DNA of 64,000 bases, taken from assembly GCA_964187785.1 (NCBI GenBank), contig OZ076409.1, forward strand, positions 57,786,001 through 57,850,000. The letters run 5' to 3'. Below, in pieces: positions 37,521 through 50,600 of this stretch. The position numbers and the translations under genes are program-made. Every line of letters begins with the position of its first letter. Position 1 is the stretch's first letter. Source of the DNA: Amphiscolops sp. MND2022 (taxonomy: Eukaryota). The notes beneath the pieces were generated by a model that saw only the letters and a program-made list of their open reading frames with translations, searched no databases and was not told where the DNA came from.

Positions 37521-38549
37521 ATGGACAAGCTTCAGTTCAATTTCGATGAAGATAGCCTTTACTCTCCTCTATCTCCCGATGTCATCGATATCTCCAGCGA
37601 GACAGAAGAAACCTTCTCAGTTGCCCCAGGAAACATATCGCAATTGGGAGAGAAATTCAGAGTAAATCCGGCAGAAAACAATCTGATGTCAGCATTTGTT
37701 GGATCTTCATTAGCGACACTGTTTCCCAGTTCAAACGTACTAGCGGGGCACGGTGATGCTGCATGTGTGGAAGGAACCCAAATAGAGCAAGACCTTATAG
37801 AGTTGATGAACGACTCTCAAGACGACCCTGCAGGCTCTCCATCGTCGTTCATCGACAGTGAATTTGAAGAAGGAAACCTGTTCCCATGGACAGAAAATAG
37901 GGATGCAGCCCTAAATACAAATAGTGATGGCCGACCATGTGCCAGAGTGTTACCTATTGTGCGAGAAGATCAAGACGAAGGAGGAATCTTGCCAACCCCA
38001 ACGGTTACACAGGAGCCCAGTAGAGAACTTGGCCAAGCGAATATGCAAAGCATGCTCATAAATGACCCTATGGACTACGAAATACATAGCAATGTAGCCC
38101 AGTCACAACAACCAGTCATGAGGACCATGCAAGGATTCAACTTGTCCCCAATGTTATTCCCAATCCCGTTGGAGGAGACAACACAGGGTACCCGCCAAAC
38201 ACCGTTCGTCGTGCAACAACCCATGCAGCTAGGATTCCCATTCGACATGGTACATAGCCCAAACGTCTTGTTAATACCAGCCCAAGAAAGACAAGGCATA
38301 AGACTACTACCAACGGTCATGCCAAATGTGGCAGGGCATTGTGATTTCTGTGGGAAATGTTTCGATCAAATAGCATTAGAGACGCTTGGACAATATCTGG
38401 TCGCCACGGAGTACGACGGTGAAACTGTCAAGGAGAGAGCCATCAGGTCGAAAGCCTTTATCCACGGCTTCGAGGCAGCATTGTTCCTTTTTAAAAATGC
38501 GGGACTGTCACACCCACCAAGATGTGATGGCTCCGTGGTGCAACTCTAG
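37521..38549 (+). CDS. Extra sense ORF (~342 aa from ATG 37521), acidic/Pro-Gln-rich with C-terminal HCDFCGKC; unknown function, not env-like
   Basis: Long open ORF in the env position with no evident signal peptide or transmembrane segment. TATA-like CCTTATAAGGG near 37323. The stop lies 44 nt inside the 3' LTR, followed by AATAAA at about 38576. Confidence 0.7.
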   Translation: MDKLQFNFDEDSLYSPLSPDVIDISSETEETFSVAPGNISQLGEKFRVNPAENNLMSAFVGSSLATLFPSSNVLAGHGDAACVEGTQIEQDLIELMNDSQDDPAGSPSSFIDSEFEEGNLFPWTENRDAALNTNSDGRPCARVLPIVREDQDEGGILPTPTVTQEPSRELGQANMQSMLINDPMDYEIHSNVAQSQQPVMRTMQGFNLSPMLFPIPLEETTQGTRQTPFVVQQPMQLGFPFDMVHSPNVLLIPAQERQGIRLLPTVMPNVAGHCDFCGKCFDQIALETLGQYLVATEYDGETVKERAIRSKAFIHGFEAALFLFKNAGLSHPPRCDGSVVQL

Positions 38550-40034
38550 AAAGGAACAAGCAACGGTACCTCCTAAATAAACTCTTTCGAACTCATGTGG
38601 ACCCGTTGATAGTGTGTTTTCTTGTGCATTGTTTTCTTTAAAAAGTCATGTAAATATGATATTTATACTATATTTGCCATGATAGAACTTTCATTGTTGT
38701 GCTAACAAACCCTGTCTTCCCATTAAGAGTCCTTATGTTGATTAAACAATGAGTTATCTCGCCATCTAATAGTATAACTCGCAAGTTTCTGACTCATCAT
38801 CATCATCATCGTGATAATCTGCATTTTAGCATAGTACTATTATACGGTATTATGCGGATCAAGGTGTGACGTATACTCGTCACTATACGGTTTTGATAAT
38901 ACCATTATGCGGTATTATGCGTTTTGAGGTGAGATGTATATACGGCATTATAGGTCTTTTATGATAACATTATGCGGCATCCTACGGTTCGAGTAAAAAC
39001 GATTATACGTCATTATGCGGTTCTCGCAGGAATTATTGAATGATCCCAGGACGCGTTCTAATAGCATTTAGAAAGTGTTTCAGCCATATTTAGAAGTTAT
39101 TTTGAGATATTTTCCAGGGTTTTGCAGTTTCTTGTCCATAACCACTTCCCATGATGTCATGTAAATGTGCTATTTTTATAATATGAAGTCATTTGACGCA
39201 ATTCTATTTTTGTGCTGGTTTTCATGATGACTCTAATAAAAAGGGGTGTCATGATTTTTAAATATATTTCGTTTTGTAATATAATTGGAAGAATTCATTC
39301 AAGATTTGTCTTTCACCAAAAGCAGTTGCTTTTCAAATGATTGTAAACCTCTTCGATTTCATCACTGTAAACTCTCCGATCTTGTTCTTTTGAGATATTA
39401 AAGTCAATTCAAATTCTTCCCCAAAAGCCAGAAAACATTTTCACTTGAGACGAGATGGGAAATAGACGAAATAGACGGTCCAGAAGACTAGAAACTCCTT
39501 CCCCAGAGAGAAGTGTAGAAAGGACCCAAGTAGAAACGCCAAATACAGGTAATATAACTTTAACTAATCCTGATACTGTTGTCCAAGAAAATTTAGGTGA
39601 AAACAACATAGGAGAACAATTAGTCGAACCCAGTCAAATCAGCACTGAGATTCAAGCTCGGACCCAAATATTTGAACAAAAGAACAACGATAGAATAGAC
39701 AAAATGAGAGAAGAAATGGACAATAAACTTGAAACCATTCTCAAAGAAATAAAATCAAATAAAAGTGCTTCAATAGCAACAAACCCAAGGTCTGAAAATG
39801 ATGAAACACGAAACATGCAACCTACGGGATCCAAAGGAAACAAGTCTATAGGAGTACACGCATCTAACAATGAAAATTCAGAAACTGAAGACGAAGATTT
39901 TCCTCTTAAGGCATCTAGAATGAAGGATCTAAAACATCCTGCAAAGCCTTTGTTTCGAGCTGAATCTGATGTAGACGTAACTATCCATTCAGACGAAGAG
40001 TCTGATGCAGAGAGCCTAGACGAGGATTATCACA
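38506..40034 (+). repeat. 3' LTR
   Basis: Near-identical copy of 23875-25403, followed by the TSD CCGTC. Confidence 0.97.
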
Positions 40035-40042
40035 CCGTCTGA
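39455..40042 (+). CDS. 3'-LTR copy of the Gag N-terminal ORF (195 aa), terminating in flanking DNA
   Basis: Same as gag residues 1-193 except W>R, E>D and R>K; reads through the TSD to a TGA 8 nt outside the element. Confidence 0.6.
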   Translation: MGNRRNRRSRRLETPSPERSVERTQVETPNTGNITLTNPDTVVQENLGENNIGEQLVEPSQISTEIQARTQIFEQKNNDRIDKMREEMDNKLETILKEIKSNKSASIATNPRSENDETRNMQPTGSKGNKSIGVHASNNENSETEDEDFPLKASRMKDLKHPAKPLFRAESDVDVTIHSDEESDAESLDEDYHTV

Positions 40043-40631
40043 TAAAAATTCCCATCTATTTGAATGCATTTCCATTCACAAAACGTTCAATAGCATCGGA
40101 TCAAAATTGAATTACGAATAAACTTCTATGTCCCGTAATTTGAACAACGTCATTCTTTCATATATTTCTCGACAAAGAAATCTTTACCAGCTTTTCTTGT
40201 ATATGTTTCAGTCAGCAAAAACTTCCGGTGTGACCATTTCCTCAAAACTCAAACTATTGGAAGTTACTCGTTTACTGAAAGAATAAAGCAATTTATATAG
40301 CCAGTCTTTCCATAGTCGCTTTTTAAACATAATTCCTAATTTATTTATATCGAACTCAATTAAAGATCGAATTACAAAACTTAGACTTCATCAGTATTTA
40401 TCTTCTTACTTTTCAAGGAGAACTCAAACTTTTGATCAGGTAGGATAGAAGAACAACTGTAAACTTAACTAGGGTAGTGAATCTGTCAATTAGGACTGTT
40501 TCTTTCGAGTGATTTCACGGTACACTCATTTGTTATATAAGCACACAGAGACTAGACGTAGGCTATAATTTCTTAGCAAAATCAGGATTTCAGGCAAAAT
40601 TGTTCCTTAGAAATTGTTTCAAAAGGGTTAT

Positions 40632-40705
40632 CTGTTCGGGACTCGAACTCCTGAACCCCTATGTCACAAGTATGCGCATTAACCAACTGTGTCACTGGGA
40701 CACTG
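40632..40705 (-). repeat. tRNA-like/SINE head fragment
   Basis: Minus strand GTCCCAGTGACACAGTTGGTTAATGCG ... GAGTTCGAGTCCCG (A and B boxes); no complete cloverleaf. Confidence 0.45.
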
Positions 40706-40709
40706 TATA

Positions 40710-41598
40710 CCCAGTGTTCGAAGCCATGGAACGCTTGCCATGATCATGGTTAATCTTGCTTAATCATGGTTAACCATGGTACCCTTGCCAAGATCATGGC
40801 TAATCATGATACATGGAACGCTTGCCAAGATCATGGCAAGATCATGGCAAGATCTTGACAAGATAACCATGGTAAGACATGTAAGCTGGTATTAATTGTG
40901 CATAATTTATTCTTTTCGCAAAAATTCTTTGTCGTCTGCAATTTTTGAATTAGCCATTGTAATAACTTTGGACATAATATTTATTGATTGAAAATAGTTT
41001 TTTAATTGAAAATTATCAAAAACTTGCACAGTAATTTGCTGCACCTATTGACCGAGTTTTGTTACTTGAGAGCACGGCATTGTTACTACTATCATAAATT
41101 ATCATACAAAGCAAACTCCGAATCAAGTTATTGCAACTTGCGGGATTTGCGATATCGGTGTGAAAACCAACTTTTCTAGCTATGATTTGTTTACAATTAT
41201 GCAAATCATGCTATTACCTGATCTATTGAGGTAACGGGTTCTAATTACTGAAGTTCGAGAATGCAATAAAAACTCAAAATGGTCGGAGCAAAAACATTTT
41301 TCCTTTAATGTCTTGACTACCAATTTTTCTTCTGTTTAACCCTATACATGTCTGTTTTTTGGTCCCAATAAATTTTTAGATACTAGTTACAATTTGAAAA
41401 TAAGAGCTCTGAATTTTCCAAAAATTTCGCTAATGTTACCATGGAACCCTTGCCAAGATCATGGTTAATCATGGTTAGCCTTTGCACGATCTTGCATGGC
41501 CATGGCATCCTTGCCAAGATCATGGCAAGATCTTGGCAAGGCTACCAAGGAACTTGCCATGGATCTTGGCAAGGATGCCATGGCTTCGAACACTGGGT
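40710..41598. mobile_element. Non-autonomous TIR element flanked by TA
   Basis: CCCAGTGTTCGAAGCCATGG ... CCATGGCTTCGAACACTGGG; subterminal GCCAAGATCATGGC arrays related to the 9226/20337 family. Confidence 0.85.
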
Positions 41599-44500
41599 AT
41601 TCACGTACTCTAGAGCGCATATTTTTGTCGATATTGAAGTTCATTTTCTGAATGAGTAATAGTTGAGTTTTGATTCTTCATTCTTCAGGAAAGTTAAATA
41701 AGAAAAGACACAATCGTTTTTCCAGCCTACTAAATCCCAAAATACAGAAAACGCTGGAAATATTCATTACAAAAGTAAGTGGAGTATATTCATGTACAAA
41801 ACCTTTGTATTCGAAGATGGCTCATTCAACGTGAAAAACGTTATTAAAATCTAGTTACAAATACATTAGAATGCTTTTTCATGGTTTCGAAGCTTTTCGA
41901 GCGAAGGTAACTCCGATGACCTTTTTTTAAAAAAATGTTCCAGGCCTTGTAATTGGTTCTACCACAAACCAAAGACCGCCCTAGAAACTGTTTTGAGAAA
42001 ATAATCATAGAAAACAAAATGAATCGAGTGGCCCTATGGGGCAAACCGTGAGGAAAAACATCCAGGTTTTTGTCAAATTTTCTATATGTTAACGTATCTG
42101 GACAATAATTGGTTTGCTACCATGTCTGATGAATAATTGGTCAAAAGATTGTTGACGACTTTGCGGTGTGTGATCTGAGTTGAACAAACTGCCGCCTGTG
42201 ATTCGACTGACATACTTCCGCCACGACTCCGTTTTGAAGGATTATCTGGTTGACAGTAGACATTTTTTAAAAGTTCTCATTTACCTCCATGTTTCAAATA
42301 AAACTCTGGTTTTGAGTAGTACCGAGTACAAGATGTTTCGGACACAAGTAGAACCCCAAGTTGTTTGCGTTTCCATTACCGCAAAGATTTGATTTCAGAT
42401 AGCAAAATCGTGAACTTTTTCCACGCAGCCGATGAAGGATTCAGAGCAATGTTGTCTAAAATGGAGCGCAGTCCTGTGCAATTTTCTTTCGTACTCCTTT
42501 GAAGAATGCCTGAATCTGAAGGAATGACTCCAGAAACCCGGCGCAATTAAACAAGTTGGGACCGTTTGAAGCAACTTATTCACTGAGTAGTCAGTCAGTG
42601 TATTATACCTTCAATGTCTTCGAATGTTAAGGTTTGAATTTTGCTTTCAATGATTTTTGCGTTTTTAACGACATTTTTTGAACTATACATTTTAACATCG
42701 TAGTCGATTGTTCCAGTGGTTTTTCCTGGTATTGTGTATGTCTTGTTTTTCAACACATAAGGTTTTGCCTTCGTTGTAGAGGCGACTGCGGCTTTGCTAG
42801 TTTCAAAAGTGATGGAAGTGATTGCCGCTGTGAGTCTAACTTGAGTTCTGCTGGTGAAGAGCCTCTGAAAAAAATCCGCTATGTTTAAATGACCAGGCAT
42901 CAAAAAGCAGTCTTTAGAACCTTGTGTTTTTCGTATTGCGTCCAATTGTTTTCCGATGGGAAGCTCGGACATTTGCTGATACTACTGTTCAAAATTATGA
43001 ATGTTCGAAATAAAAGCAATCGACCCTGAACCCCAAAAACAGGCCTAAAAGTTCTAGTTGAACTTTTGATAATTGATTTTTGATTCTTAACCGTTTAGAC
43101 AAGTATTACTTCGATATTTGATATCCATCCTACAACTACCACACTGCATAAGCACAAGCTCCAAATGCTAGATTTGATGCGTTGCTGGACACGATTATCT
43201 GAGAATTTCCCAATGCCTTTTGCCAATGAAAACAAAAACTGAGAAAAATCTCTCATTTCTAAAAATAGCGGTCAAAATTAGTAATCAACACTGCAAGCAT
43301 TGACAAACGAAGGCCCTGTCCCAATCAGTCTCCAAGTTTGCATCCCAACTAGTGCTCATTACATCTTTTTTTTTCATCATGATGGGAGTAGCTGCTCCTC
43401 AAGGCTCCAAACAACGTTTTCAATGACTGAAAGATTGTGGTATTGTGATCGTCTCAGAGGTATCACCTCTGAAATCATATACATTCGCGTATTGCATGTT
43501 CGAAACGTTTGTTTTAAACACTATTTTTTCTGAAATTCGTCTATCTTTTCGTTCGAGTTTTCGCTTTGTCCGACTTCATCAATTTTGTCATCGAAGTCGA
43601 TTACTGTATTGTCAACTTTTATCCATATAGTAACCATATGCGAGAGGAACTTTTCTCCAAAGCCTTCAGAGAGGGTTCTGATGCTGCTCTAGAGTGTCCA
43701 TTACCGTTAGGACTATAGTGGTTCGGGAAGAACCCGCGTGTTCATTGGTCTTCCAGTGCAATTCAATCGAGATCATACGTCTCTTGACTATCACAAATGA
43801 AAACTACATGATTTGCACGGTCAACAGAATTTCAAAGAAACTTTTATCAGATTTTTGAGAAAGGCTAGACCTTTCACACAAAACTTGGCGGGAATTTGAC
43901 TATTGTAGAGAAGTGATCTAACAAAAATGTCAAAGCGTAAAACAAAGTCCTGCTGCCGAGCTTCGCAGTGACTGATGTAATCGTAGTTCGTTTTTTCCAT
44001 CAAATCTTTTAGCAGCACCGCGATGCAACATGTCTTGTATCTGACTTTGATTAATTTCAGCCTGTTTCATATCTTGCTAAACTTGTTTTCAGTATTTTGT
44101 CACATTTTGTCGCATAGCAAAGGTTTTGCGGTAGCGCGGACGTCCAGGAATGTGTATTTTGTAGACAAAATTTAATTTTGGTATAAATTGTTGCTCAACT
44201 AGTTGATTATTTACGTTTGATTGAGAATTCAGAAGCTCCGTTATGGGATTTACTTATGGCATTTACTTATGGCATTAAATTATGGCAAAAGCCACAATTG
44301 GGACTAAAACTCAACTACTGGTAATTCGGACTGGTTGACTTTTGTTACGTGAGGTGAATTTGTTGCTTAATCAGTTTCCGCACAACTTCCGAACGTCATT
44401 CCGAACAAAACAAGGTTCTCATATAAAGAAACTGGAATATAGTGACAATCTACAACTTTGGAATCCATAAGTAGTCAAAAACATTACTTTTTGTTTTGCT

Positions 44501-46111
44501 GATTCTGAAAAGGAATTTAAACATGAACAGCTTCAATTATTTTTTCAGGTCTGCCAGGTGTTTCCATTGCAACCAAAATTGCAATGAAAGAAAAGTTCAA
44601 ATAAGGTGGGGACCGATTTTGGACATAAATATACTGTAGAACCGAGTCCGAAAAAAAGTCTCAAAGAATCTGTAGGAGTGGTTATCACACAATTGGCATG
44701 ATTTGCACGAAAATTGTTTTTCCTGTTACAATGCGTTCAACAGAGTCCCCGTTAATCTATGAATTTGGCATTTGGAATAGACTACCGCAGCAAAAGCTGG
44801 TGAAAGCCTTCACTGTATTTTTTGCTTTTTCCAGCGTTTTCGGTCATGGAGGTGTGTTCATTTATGTGACATTTAAAACATGCCTTTTTCTCCTCGATCA
44901 AATCAGATTGCCCCCGAATTGTTTCGTCTTTAAACAACCTGAAAAACCCCGCACGATGTTGCTTCAAAACAATCAGTTTAAACTCGACAAAACGTTTTCT
45001 TAGAACGAAACATTTTGAATACCGGGAAACATCTCACCATTATCAATTGCACTGTTTGTTTATTCCACCGTTTTCTCGACTAATCTAGGTTTTTCTCGTA
45101 TTGAAATGAACGCTGTTTTTTTTTCATTTCGGGTTCTCCTCCCGAGTATCTCAGTTCGTTTCTTGCGTTCTCGATCATGTCACCGATCAGTCATCGCCAC
45201 TACCCAGCAGTTTTGTGAGTGACCTAAGTTAAGATGTCCATAACATCGTCAAGAAATATTTGAACTAGGGAAGAAGTGCATGTTTCAATCAAACAAATTA
45301 TGATCAATCCTCAGATCTTAAAATCAAACTCAACATCCTAGCAATTTGATACTTCGTTGAAAACGAAACAACTTACGAACGCAATCCTGAACCGAGATCC
45401 TTCATTTCAACATCTTCTTTACCTTTGATTTTCTGAGAACAGTTTGTCGATAAAATGTTCTCCGTAGAATACATTGTCAAAACAAATCACGTCTTGTGCT
45501 ACCACTGAAACAAAAAAAAACTTTATCTCGCAAGAATGAAAACAGAAACTAATTTTCTCGATAGGGAAAGAATTGTTGGATATGTTGGAGAAATTATCCT
45601 TTTGAATAATGTTTATCACCACTGAAGTTTAGGCATTGTCTACCATTATAACGTTTTTGTCTAAAACAGTTACATTGATCTTGTTATTAGGAATACAATG
45701 GTTTCCTTTCGTTTTTTTATGTGAACTTTAAAAAGGTGTACTAAGGTGGTTCATGTTTTTTTCATTTTTTTGATCGACCATATTGTTTGATGAACATTTT
45801 TTTCATCTGGTCGCTATCACCATACATTCCATCTTGCTGTGCCCCAATTTGACTTAAATTATCGTTCATATTACCTACTAAACAGTGATAAGGCAATACC
45901 AACCGTAAAGCATATGAGACAGTTGTTGCATTGGCAGAGAGTTTGACGTTTGGAACAAGAGAATATCAAACAAGACGCTGGCTATGCACCGAGATATTTT
46001 CCGCCTTTAATTGGTTAACAATAAATGCCTATTCAGAAATTACCTCCTCGGGAAAACGCACTTTCCTTCGGATGTAACCTCAAAATTCGGATTTCGCGCA
46101 ATACTTTCGAG

Positions 46112-46209
46112 CCTCCTCTTCCTCCTCCTCCTTCTCCTCCTCCTCCTCCTCCTCCTCCTCCTCCTCCTCCTCCTCCTCCTCCTCCTCCTCCTCCTCCTCC
46201 TCCTCCTCC
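46112..46209. repeat. (CCT)n microsatellite
   Basis: About 30 CCT units. Confidence 0.98.
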
Positions 46210-46310
46210 ACTTTCTAGTAAAACACAATTTACATCGAATTCAAGACGCCCTCTTAGCCCTGGGATTATTTCCTCCCTTTTCGCCTCCACCGATGAGCCA
46301 TAGCTAATTT

Positions 46311-46460
46311 GGGAGGGGAATAGGATCTAAAGAATAAGATCTAATATTTAGTGATTTTAGATCTTATTCCCTTTAGATCTTGTTCCCGTCCTGAAATTGT
46401 AGATCTTATTCCCTTCAGTTCTTTTTCCCATTTTTACTTTAGATATTATTCCATCCTACT
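46311..46460. mobile_element. Small foldback MITE (GAATAAGATCTAA / TTAGATCTTATTCC arrays)
   Basis: Inverted arrays of a 13-14-bp motif at the two ends. Confidence 0.6.
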
Positions 46461-47159
46461 AGGCTATCAGTATAGTATAGCTGGATAGTACAGGATAAAC
46501 ACATTATAGTATCAATATGGCTGAGTAGGGAGTCTGAGTAGGAAGTGGAATAGTACAAAGTCGAATTTTGGCAAAAATGGAAAAAAACGACACACAGATC
46601 ATGATTTTCCTCCCCCATTGAAAAGGTGGGTCGGAAAATAACAAGTAACTAGAATAGTCAAGTAACTAGAAGAGGAAGTAACTAAAATAGTGAAGTAACT
46701 AAATTGGTGAAGTAACTGTTATTGAGGCTGAAAAATTGGGAAGAAATTTGGCACGATTTGAAAAAAAACGCAACACAGGTTATGACTTTCCTCGCCCATT
46801 CTATAAGGGCGGAAAATAATTAGTTCCAAGTTGTTGAGTCTCTGTTTTTTATCTTTCCTCGAATCTTTGATAACAGAATCTGCCTCAAACAACACCGAAA
46901 CTTCTCTAAGGTAATTTTGATTGTCATTTTTTCTGTTTGAGTGTTTTGTCTTTGTTAATGAAGTGTTTGAAGACTTCGACATTGGTTCCTGGTTCTATTC
47001 AATTCTACATTGTATAGAACAAACCAAAAAAAGTGGCGGAGGGATTTTGAAACTTTATGGAGTAAAAAATCTATGAATATTAACAAAAAAATTTATAGAA
47101 AGTATTGGTTTTCAGTCTGTTATGAGTCGAAAAGAGTTAGCTGTCCATCAATATGTTTT

Positions 47160-48106
47160 CTGTTAGTAGGCATCCTTTCAAACGTCTTGAAAATGACTCC
47201 GTCGAAGTAACTTGAACTTCTTGCAAGATGAGATTCTTGAATATATGTGCGCAGTTCTTTGCCATTTCTTGGGTTTTTCTTCTTCACCTACTACTTCAAT
47301 ATCTGCCATACATTTTCGACTAGATTTAGATCCGGTGAGTTCGGAGGCCAATGTAAAAATTGAAGATTTTTGTGTGCAAAAAATTTTTGGTGTACTTGGA
47401 AGTGTGGGGTGTTGCCTCGTCCTGCTCTAATATCCAACCGTCGGGATAGAGACAGTCTGCATACGTTAAAAACTCCTCAACTATGGTGCAAAACTGTCGG
47501 ATATCAATAGTCTCTGGTCCATCGATAACCTTGAGGTAAAAACCGCGGAAAGATAGAGCGCACCAAACCATGACTTTGGGTCCAAATTTCGGTGTCAGTT
47601 TCACGGGTACCCTTCCACGGCGAGAGCTCGAAACTCTGATAGTGTTTCGGTACAGTTGAAACAATGACTGGTCGGTCAGAAAAAACATCCTTGATTCCGT
47701 ACGATTTCCAATATTTAGCGAAAGAAATTTTTATGAGGTGCGCGTGTGTCAAAAGTGGTCTTCTTCGCGGCAAAATCTTCCCTATTGTTGATGAAGCAGG
47801 TTTCGGTAAGCTGAACTTTTGCTCAGCAGACCGCCAGTTTTCTCTCGAAACCGATGCGCGATTTGTTGACTTGAAAAATTGGTATTCTTAAGAGCTATGC
47901 CCGCCAATCGACGGCGGTCTGAACCCAAAAATTTACGCGGTCTGTCACTTCCTTCTTCTCTGGATAACGATTCACCACTTTTTAAAATTCCAAAACACCT
48001 CTCAAATGTTCGTTTGGGCATGTCAGAAAAAGAAAAACTTTTCTCGTTCTTCGGTTACTTTCGGTAGAAAGATTCAAATCTACCTCGCTTTACTTGAAAG
48101 CTCATT
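47160..48106 (-). pseudogene. Tc1/mariner transposase pseudogene
   Basis: GS.RPRK HTH-linker motif, KVMVWCALS.RG, WILEQDEATPHTS and (W)PPNSPDLNLVENVW across frameshifts and stops. Confidence 0.85.
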
Positions 48107-48934
48107 TTCGTAAATGGTTGAGTGTTTTGAGTTGATATTGTGTTCAATTGACTTGTAGCAATTAATTCAAAATTTCATCTTAGGGCAGATCCTTGTCTGA
48201 CCTTTCAAATTTGTCTTTTGACCGAAACTGTAAAATCAATTACCTGAAAGCTATTAACGTTTTTCGAAGTGACTTAACTTCAATGACAACCGCTACTTTT
48301 TTGGGTCTAAGCTATATCTATCGTCGTTTAAATTGTGACATCTTTCTTTCTGTTCATTCTGATGGAATGTTTTCAGCAACACTCTCATCACTTGCTTCAA
48401 TATTCGTTTTATAAGGACTGCTGAGTTTTCTTCGAAAGTGGTTTCGATTCCGTGATCTTTGTTCATGGAAGTTTGTTCCGTTCTTGTCTATGCACACAAT
48501 TTCATCACTTACTGCTAACGCATGAGCTCTTGTCCTCGCTGACATTAAGCCGAATCGATGTCGTGATCCAAAGTCAACAGAATGCTCTCATACTTCCTAC
48601 TTTCTTCCTTGAATATTTTGAGGGATGACACCAAAGACACTCGTTACATATGCTGTTATTTGAGTGTTTTGCCTATTGAGAAAACCTCGTGACGTGTTAG
48701 CAGCTGGTTTTTGTCTAGCTGTTTGAAATCTGAACAAAGATTGGCCAGTTATACAATTCCGACTATCTGTTTACAGGTTATTCACTCATTGCAAACTTTG
48801 TATGCTGAAACAGAAACATAATTGTCCGAATTGACTTACAAATGAATGCTCACATGAGTGTTCATTACTATACAAAGTGCGATTTGATTCAAACAATTCT
48901 TGAGTCAAGTAAATGACACAGAGACAGTCTTTCA

Positions 48935-48993
48935 AGTAATATACAGTAATATACTACAAGTAATATACTACAAGTAATATACTACAAGTAATA
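48935..48993. repeat. 14-bp tandem repeat CAAGTAATATACTA
   Basis: About four copies visible. Confidence 0.8.
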
Positions 48994-49699
48994 GTTATAA
49001 CCCCGATAGTCCGCCATTGTAATCTTACCGTTTCAAACGTAGAAGAAGAGAACCTTCGACTTATGATTTCTAAATTACGTTGTAAGTGAATAGAACGTGG
49101 AATTATTGACGAGTAACGTTTCCAGATATCACAAATAGAATAAAAAATTCAGTGATGGAGGCCATAAAAAAACCCATAAGATAAAATGGTTCTCGACGCA
49201 TTTTTGTTTTTGTCCAAAACGAAATAAAAGCATGATCTACGAAAAAACTAATTGTTCTGGAAAACGATATCTAGTGGAAAACTCATACAAAGTTTTGAGA
49301 AGAATAATGAGCTTTCTAAAAATATCGAAAGATAAAACAAAAGAATCTTGCAAGATTCTCTGTTTCCGACGAATATCTTGATATCAAGGAGTCATCATGA
49401 AACGTCGCCGATGTTTTGTCTCCAAGATCCGAATATTTTTTGAAAGAGACTCAAGAGTGTAGTGTAGAAGTCTTCTAACTTATAGTAATAAACTTTGACA
49501 AGCAATTACGGAAACAGAACTATAGGCTGTCATTTGGTGATAATCGGATTCCGAAATTATTCAGGTAAAAGTGCGTCAACCTGAACCCCTCTTTTTTCAG
49601 ACTTCGTTTACGGGAGTTCGGAAAACAATCGATTTGATAAAACAAGATATCCAACAGAAATAAAAAAGAATGAATTACCAGGCGCATTAAAATTCACGA

Positions 49700-50600
49700 A
49701 ACGAAAACAGATCAATGAACAATCGGTTACCAAAAATGACCGAAACAACATATTCTTATCAAACAAGAGTCAATTGGAGTGGTGTTCCCTGAATTGGTGC
49801 TCAAAACATAAATGCAAGGACACCAGAACGCGAACACTATGCTAGGACACAAAGCATTCCACCAACTGAATCGAACGAGAATCAACTGAATTAACAAGAA
49901 GAAAGCTAACGTCGAGAAAAGTGGAGAAACAGATAACCAATGCAACATTAAATCGAATATCATTTTAGAATGGAAAGAGTTTGTCATCAACGCAGGATCT
50001 CCTGTTACAATGATGCGGCCAAGAAAAGAGTTTCTTAGGAAAATGACATAAGCAAAATCAAAAAACGCTATGAACACAAACGGAAGACAAAATTGCACTT
50101 TCCAACAAACACTGTCTCAGACGGATTGAAATACAGTACGGCCGGTGAGATTCATGAAAGGTATATATAACTGAACATCGAAAGTCATCCAAAGAGTCCA
50201 AAGAGGAGAAGATTGTAGAGACACCAAAACGACAGCCAAAAAAATTACGGAGCTGAAAGAAGAAAAATTTGTTAAGATGGAGAAGGAAGCGAGTTCGGGA
50301 CACAATTCGTCGAAGAAAAAATGGTAGATACCTCCCAAATCTCGAATCGGAGTTGCCGGAAGTACAACCACCAGCAACCGCATTGGTAGACAATCAAGCA
50401 ATGGGTGTGAAAATTACCGGTAACATAGCAAGACTGTCTAAATGAGAAATAAAACGTAATAAGAAAAATTGGACTCAAAAACTTTGATTTACACAGGCTC
50501 AACTGTTTCGAGGAACTGAAGACAAGAGAAACCCGCACGCACCGTTAACCGGCAGCCCGCTAGCAATACCCGGAAATTCCAACCCGAGAGAGAAAGCAAA
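49700..50600 (+). pseudogene. Decayed Gypsy gag/protease fragment
   Basis: FVINAGSPVTMM (degenerate protease motif) near 49980; boundaries approximate. Confidence 0.4.

Larger units (their letters stand above)
23875..40034 (+). mobile_element. Full-length Ty3/Gypsy LTR retrotransposon (16,160 bp) with extra ORFs
   Basis: Two 1529-bp direct repeats, each TG...CA; identical 5-bp flanks CCGTC at 23870-23874 and 40035-40039; TGG PBS directly after the 5' LTR; gag and pol with PR-RT-RH-IN order. Confidence 0.98.

Noticed and set aside
37503..38549. ORF3 as an envelope gene
   Set aside because: No signal peptide, furin-site/fusion-peptide arrangement or transmembrane anchor is visible.
46011..46307. 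Poly-Pro/Leu/Gly/Arg ORFs
   Set aside because: Translations of a (CCT)n microsatellite.
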